DNA of 63,334 nucleotides, filler included, from Chiloscyllium plagiosum (lineage: Eukaryota), in NCBI RefSeq assembly GCF_004010195.1. It is 5 parts of one record of this genome, joined end to end, with 100 filler letters (N's around TTAATTAATTAA, not from the genome) between each part and the next. Parts side by side here need not be neighbours in the genome. Positions count along the whole stretch, not along the records: positions 39,546 to 50,807 come from NC_057714.1; positions 50,908 to 60,098 come from NC_057714.1; 3 more parts are not named here. One strand, written 5' to 3'. Within the stretch, counting starts at the first letter, position 1, and each line of letters begins with the position of its first letter. The notes beneath the pieces were generated by a model. That model searched no databases and was not told the DNA's origin. It saw nothing but the letters and a program-made list of their open reading frames with translations. This document shows, piece by piece, positions 48,497 through 60,198 of the stretch. Made by a program: the position numbers and the translations under genes.

Positions 48497-48663
48497 GAAA
48501 CAGACCCTTCAGTCCAACCTGTCTATGCTGACCAGATATCGCAATCCAATCTAATCTTGCTGGGTGCTAGTAGGTGGGACGAGATTGGGTTGCGATACCT
48601 GGTCTGCATGGACGGGTTAGACCGAAAAGTCTGTTTCCATGCCGTACATCTCTATGACTCTAA
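48497..48663. mobile_element. Inverted pair of CR1 3'UTR ends
   Basis: GGAAACAGACCCTTCAGTCCAACC.. on the left is the reverse complement of ..GGTTAGACCGAAAAGTCTGTTTCC on the right. Confidence 0.85.
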
Positions 48664-48709
48664 GAGTAAACAGGGATAAAACAATTCAGCATCAGTATAT
48701 AAATGTATA

Positions 48710-49805
48710 ATAGAGTCAGATAGTCAGAGAGATGTACAGCACAGAAACTGACCATTCAGTCCAACTCACCCATACCAACCAGATATCCTAACCTTATCTA
48801 GTCCCACTTGCCAGCATTTGGCACATATCCCTTTCAACCCTTCCTATTCATATACCCATCCAAATGCCTTTTAAATGTTGTAATTGTACTAGCCCCAACA
48901 TTTCCACTGGCATCTCATTCCATACACACACCACCTTCTGTGTGGAAGGTTTCCCCCAAAGGTCCCTTTTATATCTTTCCCCTCTCACACGAAACCTATG
49001 CCCTCTAGTTCTGGACTTCCCCACCCCAGGGAAAATACCTTATCTATTCACCTTATCCATGCCCATCATGATTTTATGAACTACTCTAAGGTCACGCCCT
49101 CAGCCTCAAAAGCTCGTGGGAAAATAGCCCCAACCTATTCAGCCTCTCCCTGGAGCTCAAACCCTCCAGCCCTGGCAACATCTTTGTAAATCTTTTCTGA
49201 ACCCTTTCAAGTTCTATAGCATCCTTCCCAAAGCACGGTGACCAGAATTGCATGCAGCATTCCAAAGGTGTCCTAACCAAAGTCCTAGACAGCCACAACA
49301 TAACATCCCAACTCCTCTACTCAATGCATTGATCAATACAGGCAAGTGTACGAAAAGCCTTCTTCACGATCCTGTCTACCTGCATTCCAAGATGTCTCTG
49401 TTCAGCAACACACCCCAGGACTTTACCATTAAGTGTGTAAGTCCTGCCCCGATTTGCCTTTCCAAAATACAGCACCTCACATTTAAATTCAACTCCATCA
49501 GCCACTCCTTGGCCCATCTAATCAAGATCCCATTGTGCTCAGATAACGTTCTTCACTGTCCAATACACATCCAATTATGGTGTCATCTGCAAACATATTA
49601 ACTACATCTCCTATGTTCACACCCAAACCATTGATATAAATGAGGAAAAGCAGTGGACCCACCACTAGTCACAGGCCTCCAATCTGAAAAGCAATCCTCC
49701 ACTACCACCTTGTCTTCAACCTTCGAGCCAGTTCTGTATCCAAATTGCCAGTTCTCCCTGTATGCCATGTGATCTAACCTCACTAACCAGCCTACCATGA
49801 GGAAC
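48710..49805 (-). mobile_element. CR1 3' portion with internal deletions
   Basis: LVRTPLECCMQFWSP, VPHGRLVSEVRSHGIQGEL. Confidence 0.9.
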
Positions 49806-50807
49806 CTCAGCAGAGAGCGGCGCGAGCTGGGCGGAAGTGAGGTTGGAGCGCAGAGATGGTCGGGAAGGTAAGTGATTGATATTTGAGTGGGTGTGTTCTA
49901 TACCCCAGGCCCTACATAGTAGGGCCTCCCTCCCATCCTCCTCCTCTAACCTAACTTTAAAGTTCACAGGTAAGCTACTCAGTGTTCTTGCTTTGGAGAC
50001 GAAGTGTAGAGCAATGGCAGCGCAGGCAGTGGAATGTTCGTCCTGCCGGATGTTTGAGGTAGGGGTGACCACCGATACTCCTGCCGACTTCATCTGCAGG
50101 AAATGCAGTCAGATTCTGCTCCTCACAGAACGAGTTAGGCAACTGGAACTGGAGTTGGATGAACTGAGGATTATTCGAGACACTGAGAAGGTGATAGGTA
50201 GAAGCTACAGGGACATAGTTACGCCAGAGAACACAGGTAGCTGGGTAACAGTTAGAGATGGGAAGGGGAGGAAGCAGGCAGTGCAGGGATCCCCTGTAGT
50301 CATTCCCCTAAACAATAGGTATACCGCTTTGGATACTGGTGGGGGGGACAGCCTAGCAGGGGTAAGCTGCAGTGACCGGGTCTGTGGCGTGAGGTCTGGC
50401 TCTGAGACTGAGGGAAAGGGGGAGAGGAGGAGAGCACTAGTTATAGGAGACTCTCTAGTTAGAGGGACGGACAGGCGGTTCTGTGGACATGGGCGAGACT
50501 CTCGGATGGTTTGTTGCCTCCCGGGTGCCAGGGTCCAAGACATCTCGGACCGTGTCTTCAGAATCCTTAAGGGGGAGGCTGTGCAGCCAGAAGTCGTGGT
50601 GCACGTTGGCACCAACGACATAGGTAGGAAGAGAGGTGGGGAGGTCATTCAAGAGCTCAGGGAGTTAGGCTGGAAGCTAAAAGCTAGGACAGACAGAGTC
50701 GTCATCTCTGGGTTGTTGCCGGTGCCACGTGACATTGAGGCAAGGAATGGGGAGTGAGTGCAGTTGAACACGTGGCTGCAAGGATGGTGTAGGAGGGAGG
50801 GCTTCAG
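49806..50807 (+). mobile_element. Young CR1 5' end with ORF1 (Zn finger, coiled coil, SGNH/GDSL esterase), ATG at 50014
   Basis: MAAQAVECSSC..CRKC, LTERVRQLELEL, VIGDSLVRG, HVGTND. The TGA at 50755-50757 looks premature because the frame continues VQLNTWLQGWCRREGF into the gap. Confidence 0.92.
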
Positions 50808-50907
50808 NNNNNNNNNNNNNNNNNNNNNNNNNNNNNNNNNNNNNNNNNNNNTTAATTAATTAANNNNNNNNNNNNNNNNNNNNNNNNNNNNNNNNNNNNN
50901 NNNNNNN
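50808..50907. other. Artificial scaffold linker N44-TTAATTAATTAA-N44
   Basis: Exact pattern. UBE3C exon order and strand are preserved across it. Confidence 0.97.
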
Positions 50908-51136
50908 TATCCCACTCTCTCAGGCACTGTGTTCCAGGCCATAACCCCTGGATTAATCTGGCCTATCCCTGACTCTCAGCCACTCTGTTTCAGACACTAA
51001 CCCCAGCATTAAACCAACCACCACCATACTCTCGGGCACTGTGTTCCAGACATAATCCCTGTATGAATCTGCCCTATCCCACACTCTTAGGCACTGTTTT
51101 CCCGACCCTAACCCCTGGATTATTCACACCTATCCC
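50908..51136. repeat. Diverged minisatellite, unit about 56 bp, about 4 copies
   Basis: TATCCC..CTCTCAGGCACTGTGTTCCAG..TAACCCCTGGATTA recurs. Confidence 0.85.
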
Positions 51137-51365
51137 AAGGGTGGAAGGTATAGGGGAGGTGTCAGGGGTAGGTTCTTTACCCAGAGAGTGGTGGGGGCAT
51201 GGAATGCGCTGCCTGTGGGAGTGGTAGAGTCAGAATCTTTGGTGACCTTTAAGCGGCAATTGGATAGGTACATGGATGGGTGCTTAAGCTAGGACAAATG
51301 TTCGGCACAACATCGTGGGCCGAAGGGCCTGTTCTGTGCTGTATTGTTCTATGTTCTATGTTCTA
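51137..51365 (+). mobile_element. Young CR1 3' end
   Basis: Reverse complement of the 2802 and 63101 family; (TTCTATG)n tail. Confidence 0.93.
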
Positions 51366-51514
51366 AATGGTTAATGAATCGGTTAAAAAACTGAAAGATT
51401 TCAACATTATTTTCAAATTTTTTTGCTGGGTTTAATATTTAACTGAGAATAAATTAGAAATTGTGACAAACATGCAAGGAAGTATTCTTTATAACTTACT
51501 ACTCTCCAACACAC

Positions 51515-51747
51515 CTTAAAAAGCTGAATCCATCTTTTTCTCTCCGCTTCAATTCGTTGTTGCATTTCAGTATTGGTCCGCACACCAATGCTCTTAAATG
51601 CCACCATGTACTCCTCCCGAACCTCTGGTTTGGTTTCTGGATATGCCAGATGAATTATTCCAAGGCAAGCATCCCGAAGGCAACGGGATAACGTCACTAA
51701 CTCTTTTAAAGTGAATGGCATCATTGTTGGTGGCTGCTGACCCACAC
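51515..51747 (-). CDS. UBE3C: UBE3C internal coding exon (233 nt): (G)VGQQPPTMMPFTLKELVTLSRCLRDACLGIIHLAYPETKPEVREEYMVAFKSIGVRTNTEMQQRIEAERKRWIQLFK
   Basis: Matches the UBE3C segment MMPFTLEEL..LSRCLRDACLGII.LAYPETKPEVREEY..KRWIQLFK. Acceptor tctgctttcttAG, donor AAG|GTGTGT. Phase 1 in, phase 0 out. Confidence 0.96.
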
Positions 51748-52239
51748 CTAAGAAAGCAGAATTACAACATTACAGTGATGTAGACCTCATGTTTTACTTT
51801 CAGCAAAAAAATCCTACAGTCTTTAAACTTGTGACTTTTTCACATTTGCACATGGACATTTTTCCTTTATATTCTTTACAGAATTGTTCAACTTAGCAAT
51901 TGTATAATGATTTTCCTGCAATGTTCCTCAGATTGGAGTAGAGAAGACCTTAAACAGAAGTGGTGGAAGTGCTTAAAACCATGAAGGCTTTTGTAAAGTA
52001 AATTAAGGAAAAATTTTTCCAATGGCAAAAGTTTCAACAATCAAACAGCACAGATCTACAATAATTGGCAAAAGAACTGATAGCAGGAAAAGGTTTTTCA
52101 CACGAGTCTTTAAGGATTTGGACAGAATTTCCTGAAGCACCACTTGCACCGTAACAAACTGTTCAATGGTACTAAATTTAGGGTGTGCCAGCATCACTGA
52201 GTTCCAGACTTCATTGTACTTTGGTCCAATCATGGACAA

Positions 52240-52356
52240 GGGCCTGTGCCCGAAACGTCGAATCTCCTGTTCCCTGGATGCTGCCTGACCTGCTGTGCTG
52301 TTCCAGCAATAAAGTTTCAACTTTGATCTCCAGCATCTGCAGACCTCACTTTCTCC
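52240..52356 (+). mobile_element. Short PLE terminus with a 14-bp TSD, starting inside the hammerhead
   Basis: TSD CCAATCATGGACAA at 52226-52239 and 52357-52370; the insert begins GGGCCTGTGCCCGAAACGTCGAAT. Confidence 0.88.
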
Positions 52357-52534
52357 CCAATCATGGACAAAAAAAAGCTTAATGTAAGAGATCAGGAAGG
52401 GACTGCTTTTGACATCAAGGCAGCAAACAAACCTAGTAAAACTGAAAATCAACGACTATCAACTAAACTCTCCACTAGTTGGAGTATACCTAGCACAAGG
52501 AAGGTGGTATGGTAGTTAAAAGACAATTACCCAG

Positions 52535-55500
52535 TGGAGCTAAGCGGCAGGAGCAAACAGCAGCCTGGGAAGGTAAGTGATATGAAAACTTAACTTGGGG
52601 ATTTGCAGCCTTCACTTCAGCAGTAGAACTGAGCAGACAGCAGCCTGGGTAACTAAGAGTTTCTGATTCTGAGGGGGAAAACTGAAAAGTATGTCACAGG
52701 AGGACTGTAATTTGATTGGCTAATAAGGGGTCTGCTAAATTTGAATCGGTATTAAATTGAATCTTGTTAAATTATTGGTTACAACTTGTGTTCAGATTGA
52801 GATAATAAGCAGAGATACAAAAATTCATTTTTTTAATAAAAACAAATTCAAAACTAATTAAATAAAATAAGAATGGAGGATCAAGTGACGTGTTGTTTCT
52901 GCAACACGTGGAAGCTGGTGGACTCCATTGTGGTTGCCAGTGACCATGTCTGCAGCAAATGTTGCTTGCTCGAGGAACTCTAGTTCAGAGCTGATGAGCT
53001 GGAGTCTGAGCTTCAAACATTGCGACACATCAGGGAGAGGGAGTTATCTGGACGCTCTGTTCCAGGAGACACTCACACCCCTTACACTGACTAACTCAAA
53101 TTTGGCTAGTCGTCAGAGACAGGAGGGTGTGGCTGAGAGTGAGGCAGGTAGAAGGATCCAGGAGGTACATTTGCAGGAGCCTCAGCCCCTGTCCTTGTGC
53201 AATAGGTTCAAGAGTGTTGCTCCCTGTGTGGACGGTAATGGGGACTGCAGAGAGGATGAGCCAACTGACCGCACCACCATGGTGCGAGGAACCATTGAAG
53301 CGGAGATAGAGAAGAGAAATATCATTGTAATTGGGGACAGTATAGTTCGGGGCATAGATGCTATTCTCTGGGACCAGGATTGAGTGTCCCGAAGGCAGTG
53401 TTGCCAACCTGATGCTCAGGTTCAGGATACCTCATCTGGGCTATAGATGAGCTTGGAGTGGGTGGGTAAAGATCCAGTGGTTGTGGTCCATGTAGATACC
53501 AATGAAAGACAAAACTAAGGCAGAGGTTCTGCTGGGGGAGTATAAGCAGCTCGGAGCCAAACTTTAAAAAAAAACAGAACCAAAAAAGGTAATAATCTCA
53601 AGTACTATCTGAGCCATGAGCTAATTGTCAAAAGGGTCAATAAGATTAAGCAGGTAAATGTGTGGAAAAAATGGATTTGAATTCATGGGACATTGGCATC
53701 AGTACCAGGGAAGAAGGAACCTGTTCTGATGGGATGGTCTTTATCCGACCCGTGCTGGGACCAGAGTCCGAGCAAATCGCATAACTAGGGCTGTAGACAG
53801 GGCTTTTACTTGAATTATGGGGGGGGTTAATGAGTTAATGGGGAAAGTAGAAAATTTAAATTAAAGGAGGAGATAAACGTGCAAGTTAGCGATGTCGCAG
53901 ATGGTTCCCAAACAATAAAGGTGAGGGACAGAACAGGTGAATATCTTTATGCACAAGGATTCTTTAAAAATTAGGGAAACTTACCAGTGGAACAAACTTA
54001 AATGCACAACCCATTTGAAATAAAATGGATGAACTAATTGCGCAGATTGATGTAAAGGTACGATAAAATTGAGATTATGGAGACATGACTGTAGGGTGGC
54101 AAGGGACGGGAACTGAATGCCCCAAAGTATTCAGTATTTAGGAAGGACAGGCAAAAAGGAAAAAGGTGGTGGAGTGACGTTACTGGTTCGAGAGGAAGTT
54201 AACATAACACTGACAAAGGATTTAGCTCTGACAATGTGGAGTCAGTATGAGTTGAGAAATACCGAGGGCAAAAAACAGACCCCCAAACTACAGTGGTGAT
54301 GTTAAGAATGGCATTGAACAGGAAATTAGAGATTTATGTGCCAAGAGAATAATCAGTGATCATGGGTGATTTTAATCTGCACATAGATTGGACAAATCAA
54401 ATTAACCACAATGCCATAGAGGAGGAATGTGTGAAATTTGGGATGGTCTTCTTGACCAACATGTGGAGGAATCACCGAGAGAGCAGGCCATCTTAGACTA
54501 GGTACCTATAATGAGAAGGGAATCATTGCCAATCTAGCTGTGCGGGACCCCTTGTAAATAAGCGACCGTAACACGATAAAACTTTTAATCAAGATGGTGA
54601 GATAGTTGATTCAAAGACAAGAGTGCCGAGTCTTAAGAAAGGAAACCATGAAGATATGAGCCATGAGCTGGCCGTGATAGATTGGGGAGAATTACTTCAG
54701 GGCATGACAGTGGATAGGCAATGGCCAACATTCAAGGAACGCACGAGGGAATGCATGATTTAGCATGAGGGAAGAGCTGAGGGAGATCAATATTAGAAGA
54801 GAAATGGTGGTGGAAAAATTGAGGGGATTAAAGGCGGATAAATCCCCAGGCGAATAACCTACATTCTAGAGCACCTAAGGAAGTGGCTCTAGAAATAGTG
54901 AATGCTTTGGTGGTCATCTTCGAGGATTCTACTGACTCTAGATGAGTCCTTGCAGTTTGGAGGGTAGCTAATGTTACTCCAATATTCAAAAAGGGAGGTA
55001 GAGAGAAACCAGGGAATTGTAGACCAGTATGCCTAACATTGGTAGTGGGGAAAATTCTCAAATCCATTATCAAGGACTTTATAGCGGAGCAGTGAGATAA
55101 CAGCAGCAGACTCAGACACAGAGTCAGCATAGATTTATGAAGGGAAAATCATGCTTGACAAACCTGTTGGAATTCTAAGAAGATATAACTAGTAGAGTCA
55201 ACAAGGGGGAGCCAGTCAATGCGGTATATTTGGACCTTCAGAAAGCATTTGATCAAGTCCTGCATAAGAGAATATTGTGCAAGATTCAAGCGCATGAGGA
55301 AAATGTAATGAGATGAAAAGAAAACTGGTTGGCAGAAAGAAAACAAAGTTAGGAGTTAAAGGATCCTTTTCAAATTGACCGGCAGTAACTAGTGGGGCAC
55401 CACAGGGATCGGTGCTCAGACTCCAGCTATTCACAATATATATTCATGATTTGGATGAGGGGACAAAATGTAATACCTCAAAGTTTGTAGATGATACTAA

Positions 55501-55860
55501 GTTGGATGGGAAGGTGAACTGTGACGAGGATGCAGAAGTCCTTTTGCATGATCTGGACAGGTTGGATGAGTGGGCAAATCAATGGCAGATGAAATATAAT
55601 TTGGCTAAAGGGTTATTCACTTTGAAGCAAAAACAAGGTGGCAGATTTGTACCTAAATGCTATAAATTGGGAGAGGGGAGTGTGCAGCAGGACCTATGTG
55701 TCCTTATGCACCAGTGGCTCGAAGGTATACAGGTGCAGCAGGCCGTAAAGAAGGCAAATGGTATGTTGACCTTCATTGCAAGAGGTTTTCAGTACAGGAA
55801 TGGGGACATGTTGTGAGGACATAGCTAGAATAGTGCATGCAGTTTGCGTCTCCTTTTCTG
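52535..55860 (+). mobile_element. Decayed CR1 (5'UTR, ORF1, ORF2 with internal deletion), nested in an older LINE remnant (about 52150-52530 and 55900-56200)
   Basis: ORF1 from about 52873 (CCFC..CSKC, VIGDSIVRG). EN MGDFNL. RT DKSPG and KFVDD. Confidence 0.88.
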
Positions 55861-56386
55861 AGGGGCGGGGTGGGGAAGAGAAAAGAACTGGTTTACAACT
55901 CCCCAGATAACATAAGAGCCGTCTATACCTGACATCCAGCAAGACCTGGACAACATTCAGACTTTAGCAGGTATGTGACAAGTAATATTTGTATTATGTG
56001 CCATATAATGACCACCTCCAATAAAAAGTAACGAACAACCTCATCACTGTGAACTATCATTCCAGGAGTCAAAATCAACCAAATTTAACTGAGCTGTCAT
56101 GTAAATGCTTTGGCTCGAAAGCACTGCAGCAACTCACCAAAGCATCTTGCACAAGACCATCTCAAGTGCAACTTCTGTCAGCAAGATTGCCAGGTTCAAT
56201 TCCTAGTTTACATTTCTCACCAGGGACATGATAGTGGGCTCTCCCAAATATCGCAAGAATGGCATTAAAACAATTGTTCACAGCAATGGATATGCATAAA
56301 CATTTCAGAATATTTTGCACTTACGCAGTGGAAACCCAACATAACAAATCTACTTTGAGCAACAAGGTTCGACTTGGTAATGTTAC

Positions 56387-56547
56387 CTCCTTGAGTCTGC
56401 TCTCCAAAGAATTCGTTGTCATGTACTGAAATAAGGGAATGGCTGAAGAGGGAGCTGAAGAGGTAAAAGAGAGGTATGATCCGATGTGAGTCCTCAAGTG
56501 ACATTGGAGATCCTCGAGAGATCAGTTGAAGTAATGATACCATCGAC
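56387..56547 (-). CDS. UBE3C: UBE3C internal coding exon (161 nt): SMVSLLQLISRGSPMSLEDSHRIIPLFYLFSSLFSHSLISVHDNEFFGEQTQG
   Basis: The peptide closely matches vertebrate UBE3C as I recall it (SMVPLLQVISRGSPMSFEDSSRIIPLFYLFSSLFSHSLISIHDNEFFG). Acceptor tttttttgcacctaAG, donor G|GTAACA. It ends in phase 1, compatible with the next exon. Confidence 0.95.
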
Positions 56548-58339
56548 CTTAGGTGCAAAAAAATAGCATTACTAACGTAACTTTAGAAAATAATCAAGCA
56601 CATTTTCAAAAATTACATGCATGCATACAAAGCAAACCTGATTTAAGTTAACTACAGATGAAACTTCAGAAATCAATCTTCCTTCATTTAACAAACAGGT
56701 CAGAGTGAGGCATAAAAATATTCTTATACTAAGAAAATATCTTTTCCATAGTATATGTTGAAAAATAGTGTATGAACATCTTCCTCACTTGCATGGAAGA
56801 TAACACAAATGGGAGGAAAAAGCAATACTTGCACAACCTTGTTTGGGATGGTTTGTTGCAAAGGTGCGCCATGTGACCTTTCCAGCTCCTGAACTCAAAT
56901 TTGCTTATGCAGCTTCAATTTGTTTTCCCAAGCAACCTCTCTCAAGTTGTTCCACTGCAGAATCACCACAGAATGGGCAATGAATTATTTTTCAGACTAA
57001 TCTGTCCTTTGAGCAAATGCTCCCAGTATAAAAATCCTATTAAGGGGTATGGAAGTATCTTAAATTAAAGACCACTTTTCCTCTGATATAGAAAACAATA
57101 GTAATGTCAATAACCTTAAAGTATACCTTGAGAACACTCTTCCACTTTTTGTCTCACTCTTAAGTAAACTTGACAAAAATTAAGCATCGAGCTGGTTAAT
57201 GACATCTCTTTTTGTAGTATGTATAACAATCAAAAAGAATGGTTCCAAATTAAATTTATCCAGTGTCATATGATTCAGAACATTTGACAGAGAATTTTTT
57301 AATGAATAAAATTACATGGTAATTAATAGGGCAGAGCTCCCATTAAGAATGGATGTGGTAATCTGGGAGCATGCCAAGGCAATGAGTGGATGATTTAATG
57401 AGATTCTCTTAAATGGCTAGTAATGATTTAGCATTTCAGAGAATCATTTTTCTCCCCCACCCCCAAGTCTGAGCAACGAGAACATATTAAATGCAAAGAT
57501 TTTGTCCAATCAATTCTAGATAGATTAAAAGACAAACCAAAAACCTTAGTGTCTTGTGTATACCATTCTGGTTTTTGGAACTTTTGTGCTTCACAAGAAC
57601 AGTAATGTCATAAATTTTATTGAACTTGAATTCAAGTTTGGAGCGACACTAAGTTCCTTAATGCAAAGATCAGAAAGTCTGGCCTTTCACGAGTGAAATG
57701 ACAAATGGTCACAATGCTTGAAATTGTGTTGTGTAAACCAGGTGACCACTGGAGAGAAAATACTTTGTCATACAGTGTGCAAACAGACGACTATGACCAA
57801 TGGGTATGATTGAGCGAGCGATGATAATGATCAAAGTCAATAATTGGTGCTCGCTCAAAATTAGGTTTGTGATGCAAATAAAGTTTCCACCTTACATATC
57901 AAATACATCCACTGACGAACTCACTGGCAAGCAATAATTGGATATTCATTGCAGTGAATTCATGCAAGCTGGAGGGGGTTGTAATTACGCAGTGCACAGA
58001 ACAAATAGAGACCAATCAGACTTTTCGATTGCAAAATACAAGACAAGGGGACAGGTCAACTCTAATCATGTCTAGTTCCCTCCATCGCCTACCTCTCCGG
58101 AGATGTATAACCTCCAATTAATTATTTTTCAAGCAACTGATCTTTACATCTTCGCAAATTGGGTCTCTTGCAAATCGCCAACTGCTACTGCCCCACCACT
58201 GTTCTCTCAGCTGTCTAAGGCATGTTTTAAACCTTTCTGCTTATCTACTTGTTCCTTCTCCTTCGAGAAGCTCTTTGCGCACTTGTCTTAATAGTTCCCT
58301 GATGCTCATGTCAAATTTGCACTTTCCAATGCCCCTGGA

Positions 58340-59500
58340 AGCTTTACAAATTTTAAGTGCGAGAAAGAGGAAATAAAAACCGGTATAAACCATACAACCT
58401 CTTGACCCAGATCTGTCACTCAACATGACTACAGCAGACTTTCTGGCTCAAATTTACGTTTCTGCTCACTACACATTTTCTTTGATTTTCCCAAGACATC
58501 AAAACTCTATCTCAGATTGGATGTGGTGATGTACAGTATATCCACAATGCGGAATGAAGAAATTTCTCCTCATTCCCAAACAATCAAGTCCTCACCTTGA
58601 ATTTGTATCCCTTATTTTCTAGTTTCTCCAGCCAGGGAGCATAATCTCTCTATGTTGACCTTGCAAGCATCTTCAAAATCTTGCAAGTTTCGAAAAGATT
58701 ACTTCTCTTTTTTTTCCCCCCAATTCCAGATTTTACAGAACCAAATTATGCAGCCTTTCATCACAGTTCAAACTTCTGCTTCCAGAATTCAATCAAACAA
58801 ACCACCTCTGTCCTCCCTCCAAGGCATGTATAACTTATGTCAACCATGGAAACCAAAACATTACACAATTTTCCAGATATGGTCTCAGTAAAGCCAGATT
58901 TCACAGTAGCAGGACCTTATGTTTGTACTCCAATCCTTTTGATGTTAACGCCAACACAACATTTGCCTTCCTAGTTGCTTGCTGGGCCTGTGTACTAACT
59001 TTGTGTTCATTGCACAAATACATGCAAGGAACTCTGAAGACCAACAGTTACAAATTTCACCCATTTTAAAAGGATATTCTGCTTTTCTACTCTCGACTGC
59101 CAAAATTAATGACCTCTCACTTCCACACATGGAATCCAATCTGCCAGCTTGTTACCCACTCAGCTACCCTATCCAAATTACAGCCTAGTTTATGCCTTCC
59201 TCATTCGATTGGAATCTGCAGCAAAGTTAACACATCATGCCACATGCCTTCATCCAAATCAGAAACAGATTCCAAACAGTTACATTCCACTAATCACAGC
59301 AAGAGCTGAAAATGTGTTGCTGGAAAAGCGCACAGGTCAGGCAGCATCCAAGGAGCAGGAGAATCGATGTTTCGGGCATAAGCCCTTCTTCAGGAATCAC
59401 AGCAAGCCAGCTTGAAAATGGCCCAATTTGAAAATGCTCATCTCCCCAAGCTATTATTCCAAATTCCATGAACCCTCATCTTGCATATTTATCTTTATGC
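58340..59500 (-). mobile_element. Old, highly decayed CR1-type LINE 3' portion
   Basis: Reverse-strand remnants of the KANVVL and CDKF-type RT tail and 3'UTR. Confidence 0.55.
59304..59394 (-). mobile_element. 91-bp PLE terminus with hammerhead motif and a 12-bp TSD
   Basis: TSD AATCACAGCAAG at 59292-59303 and 59395-59406. Minus strand reads AUUC-CUGAAGA-A-GGGC-UUAU-GCCC-GAAAC-AUC-GAUU. Confidence 0.9.
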
Positions 59501-59508
59501 AACCCTTG

Positions 59509-60098
59509 TAGAACATAGAACAATACAGTACAGAACAGGCCGTTCAGCACGATGTTGTGCCGAACATTTGTCCTAGCTTAAGCACCCATCCATGTACCTA
59601 TCCAATTGCCGCTTAAAGGTCACCAAAGATTCTGACTCTACCACTCCCACAGGCAGCGCATTCCATGCCCCCACCACTCATTATTGGCCAGTTAACCTTC
59701 ATATCTCATTTTTCCTCTGCGTATTTCCTTCTTAGTAATCCTCTGTTGCTCTTTAAAAGCTTTCCAGTCCTCAGTTTTTCCACTTATCTTAGCTATGTTA
59801 TACTTTTTCTCTTTTAACTTTATATGTTTCTTTACTTCCCTCATCAGCCACGGCCGCCCATGCCTCCTCCTGGGATCTTTCTTCCTTTTAGGAATGAACT
59901 GATCCTGCAACTTCTGCATTATACACAGAAATATCCGCCATTGTTCCTCCACGGTCATCCCTGCTAAGGTATTGCACAATTGAACTTTGGCCAGCTCCTC
60001 CCTCATAGCTCCATAGTTCCCTTTATTCAACAGAAGTACTGTCACTTCCGACTGTACCCTCTCCCTCTCAAATTGCAGATTGAAGCTTATTGCATTAT
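59509..60098 (-). mobile_element. Young CR1 3' end (59509-59679) fused to a CR1 ORF2 fragment of another family
   Basis: The tail and 3'UTR are nearly identical to 51187-51365. ORF 59692-60045 (KGNYGAMREELAKV..PWLMREVK) is CR1 ORF2. Confidence 0.88.
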
Positions 60099-60198
60099 NN
60101 NNNNNNNNNNNNNNNNNNNNNNNNNNNNNNNNNNNNNNNNNNTTAATTAATTAANNNNNNNNNNNNNNNNNNNNNNNNNNNNNNNNNNNNNNNNNNNN
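60099..60198. other. Artificial scaffold linker N44-TTAATTAATTAA-N44
   Basis: Exact pattern. Confidence 0.97.

Noticed and set aside
49876..50757. 293-aa ORF with a GDSL esterase motif as a host lipase or domesticated gene
   Set aside because: It is ordinary CR1 ORF1. Decayed homologues lie at about 2200, 8260 and 52873, and this copy has a premature stop.
57811..57856. AAV-like Rep-binding GAGC repeats or a parvoviral ITR
   Set aside because: Only two GAGC units per arm, no T-shaped hairpin and no rep/cap remnants nearby.
23584..60198. Four identical TTAATTAATTAA motifs
   Set aside because: Each is centred in exactly 44+44 Ns and has stops in all six frames, so it is an assembly linker, not biology.
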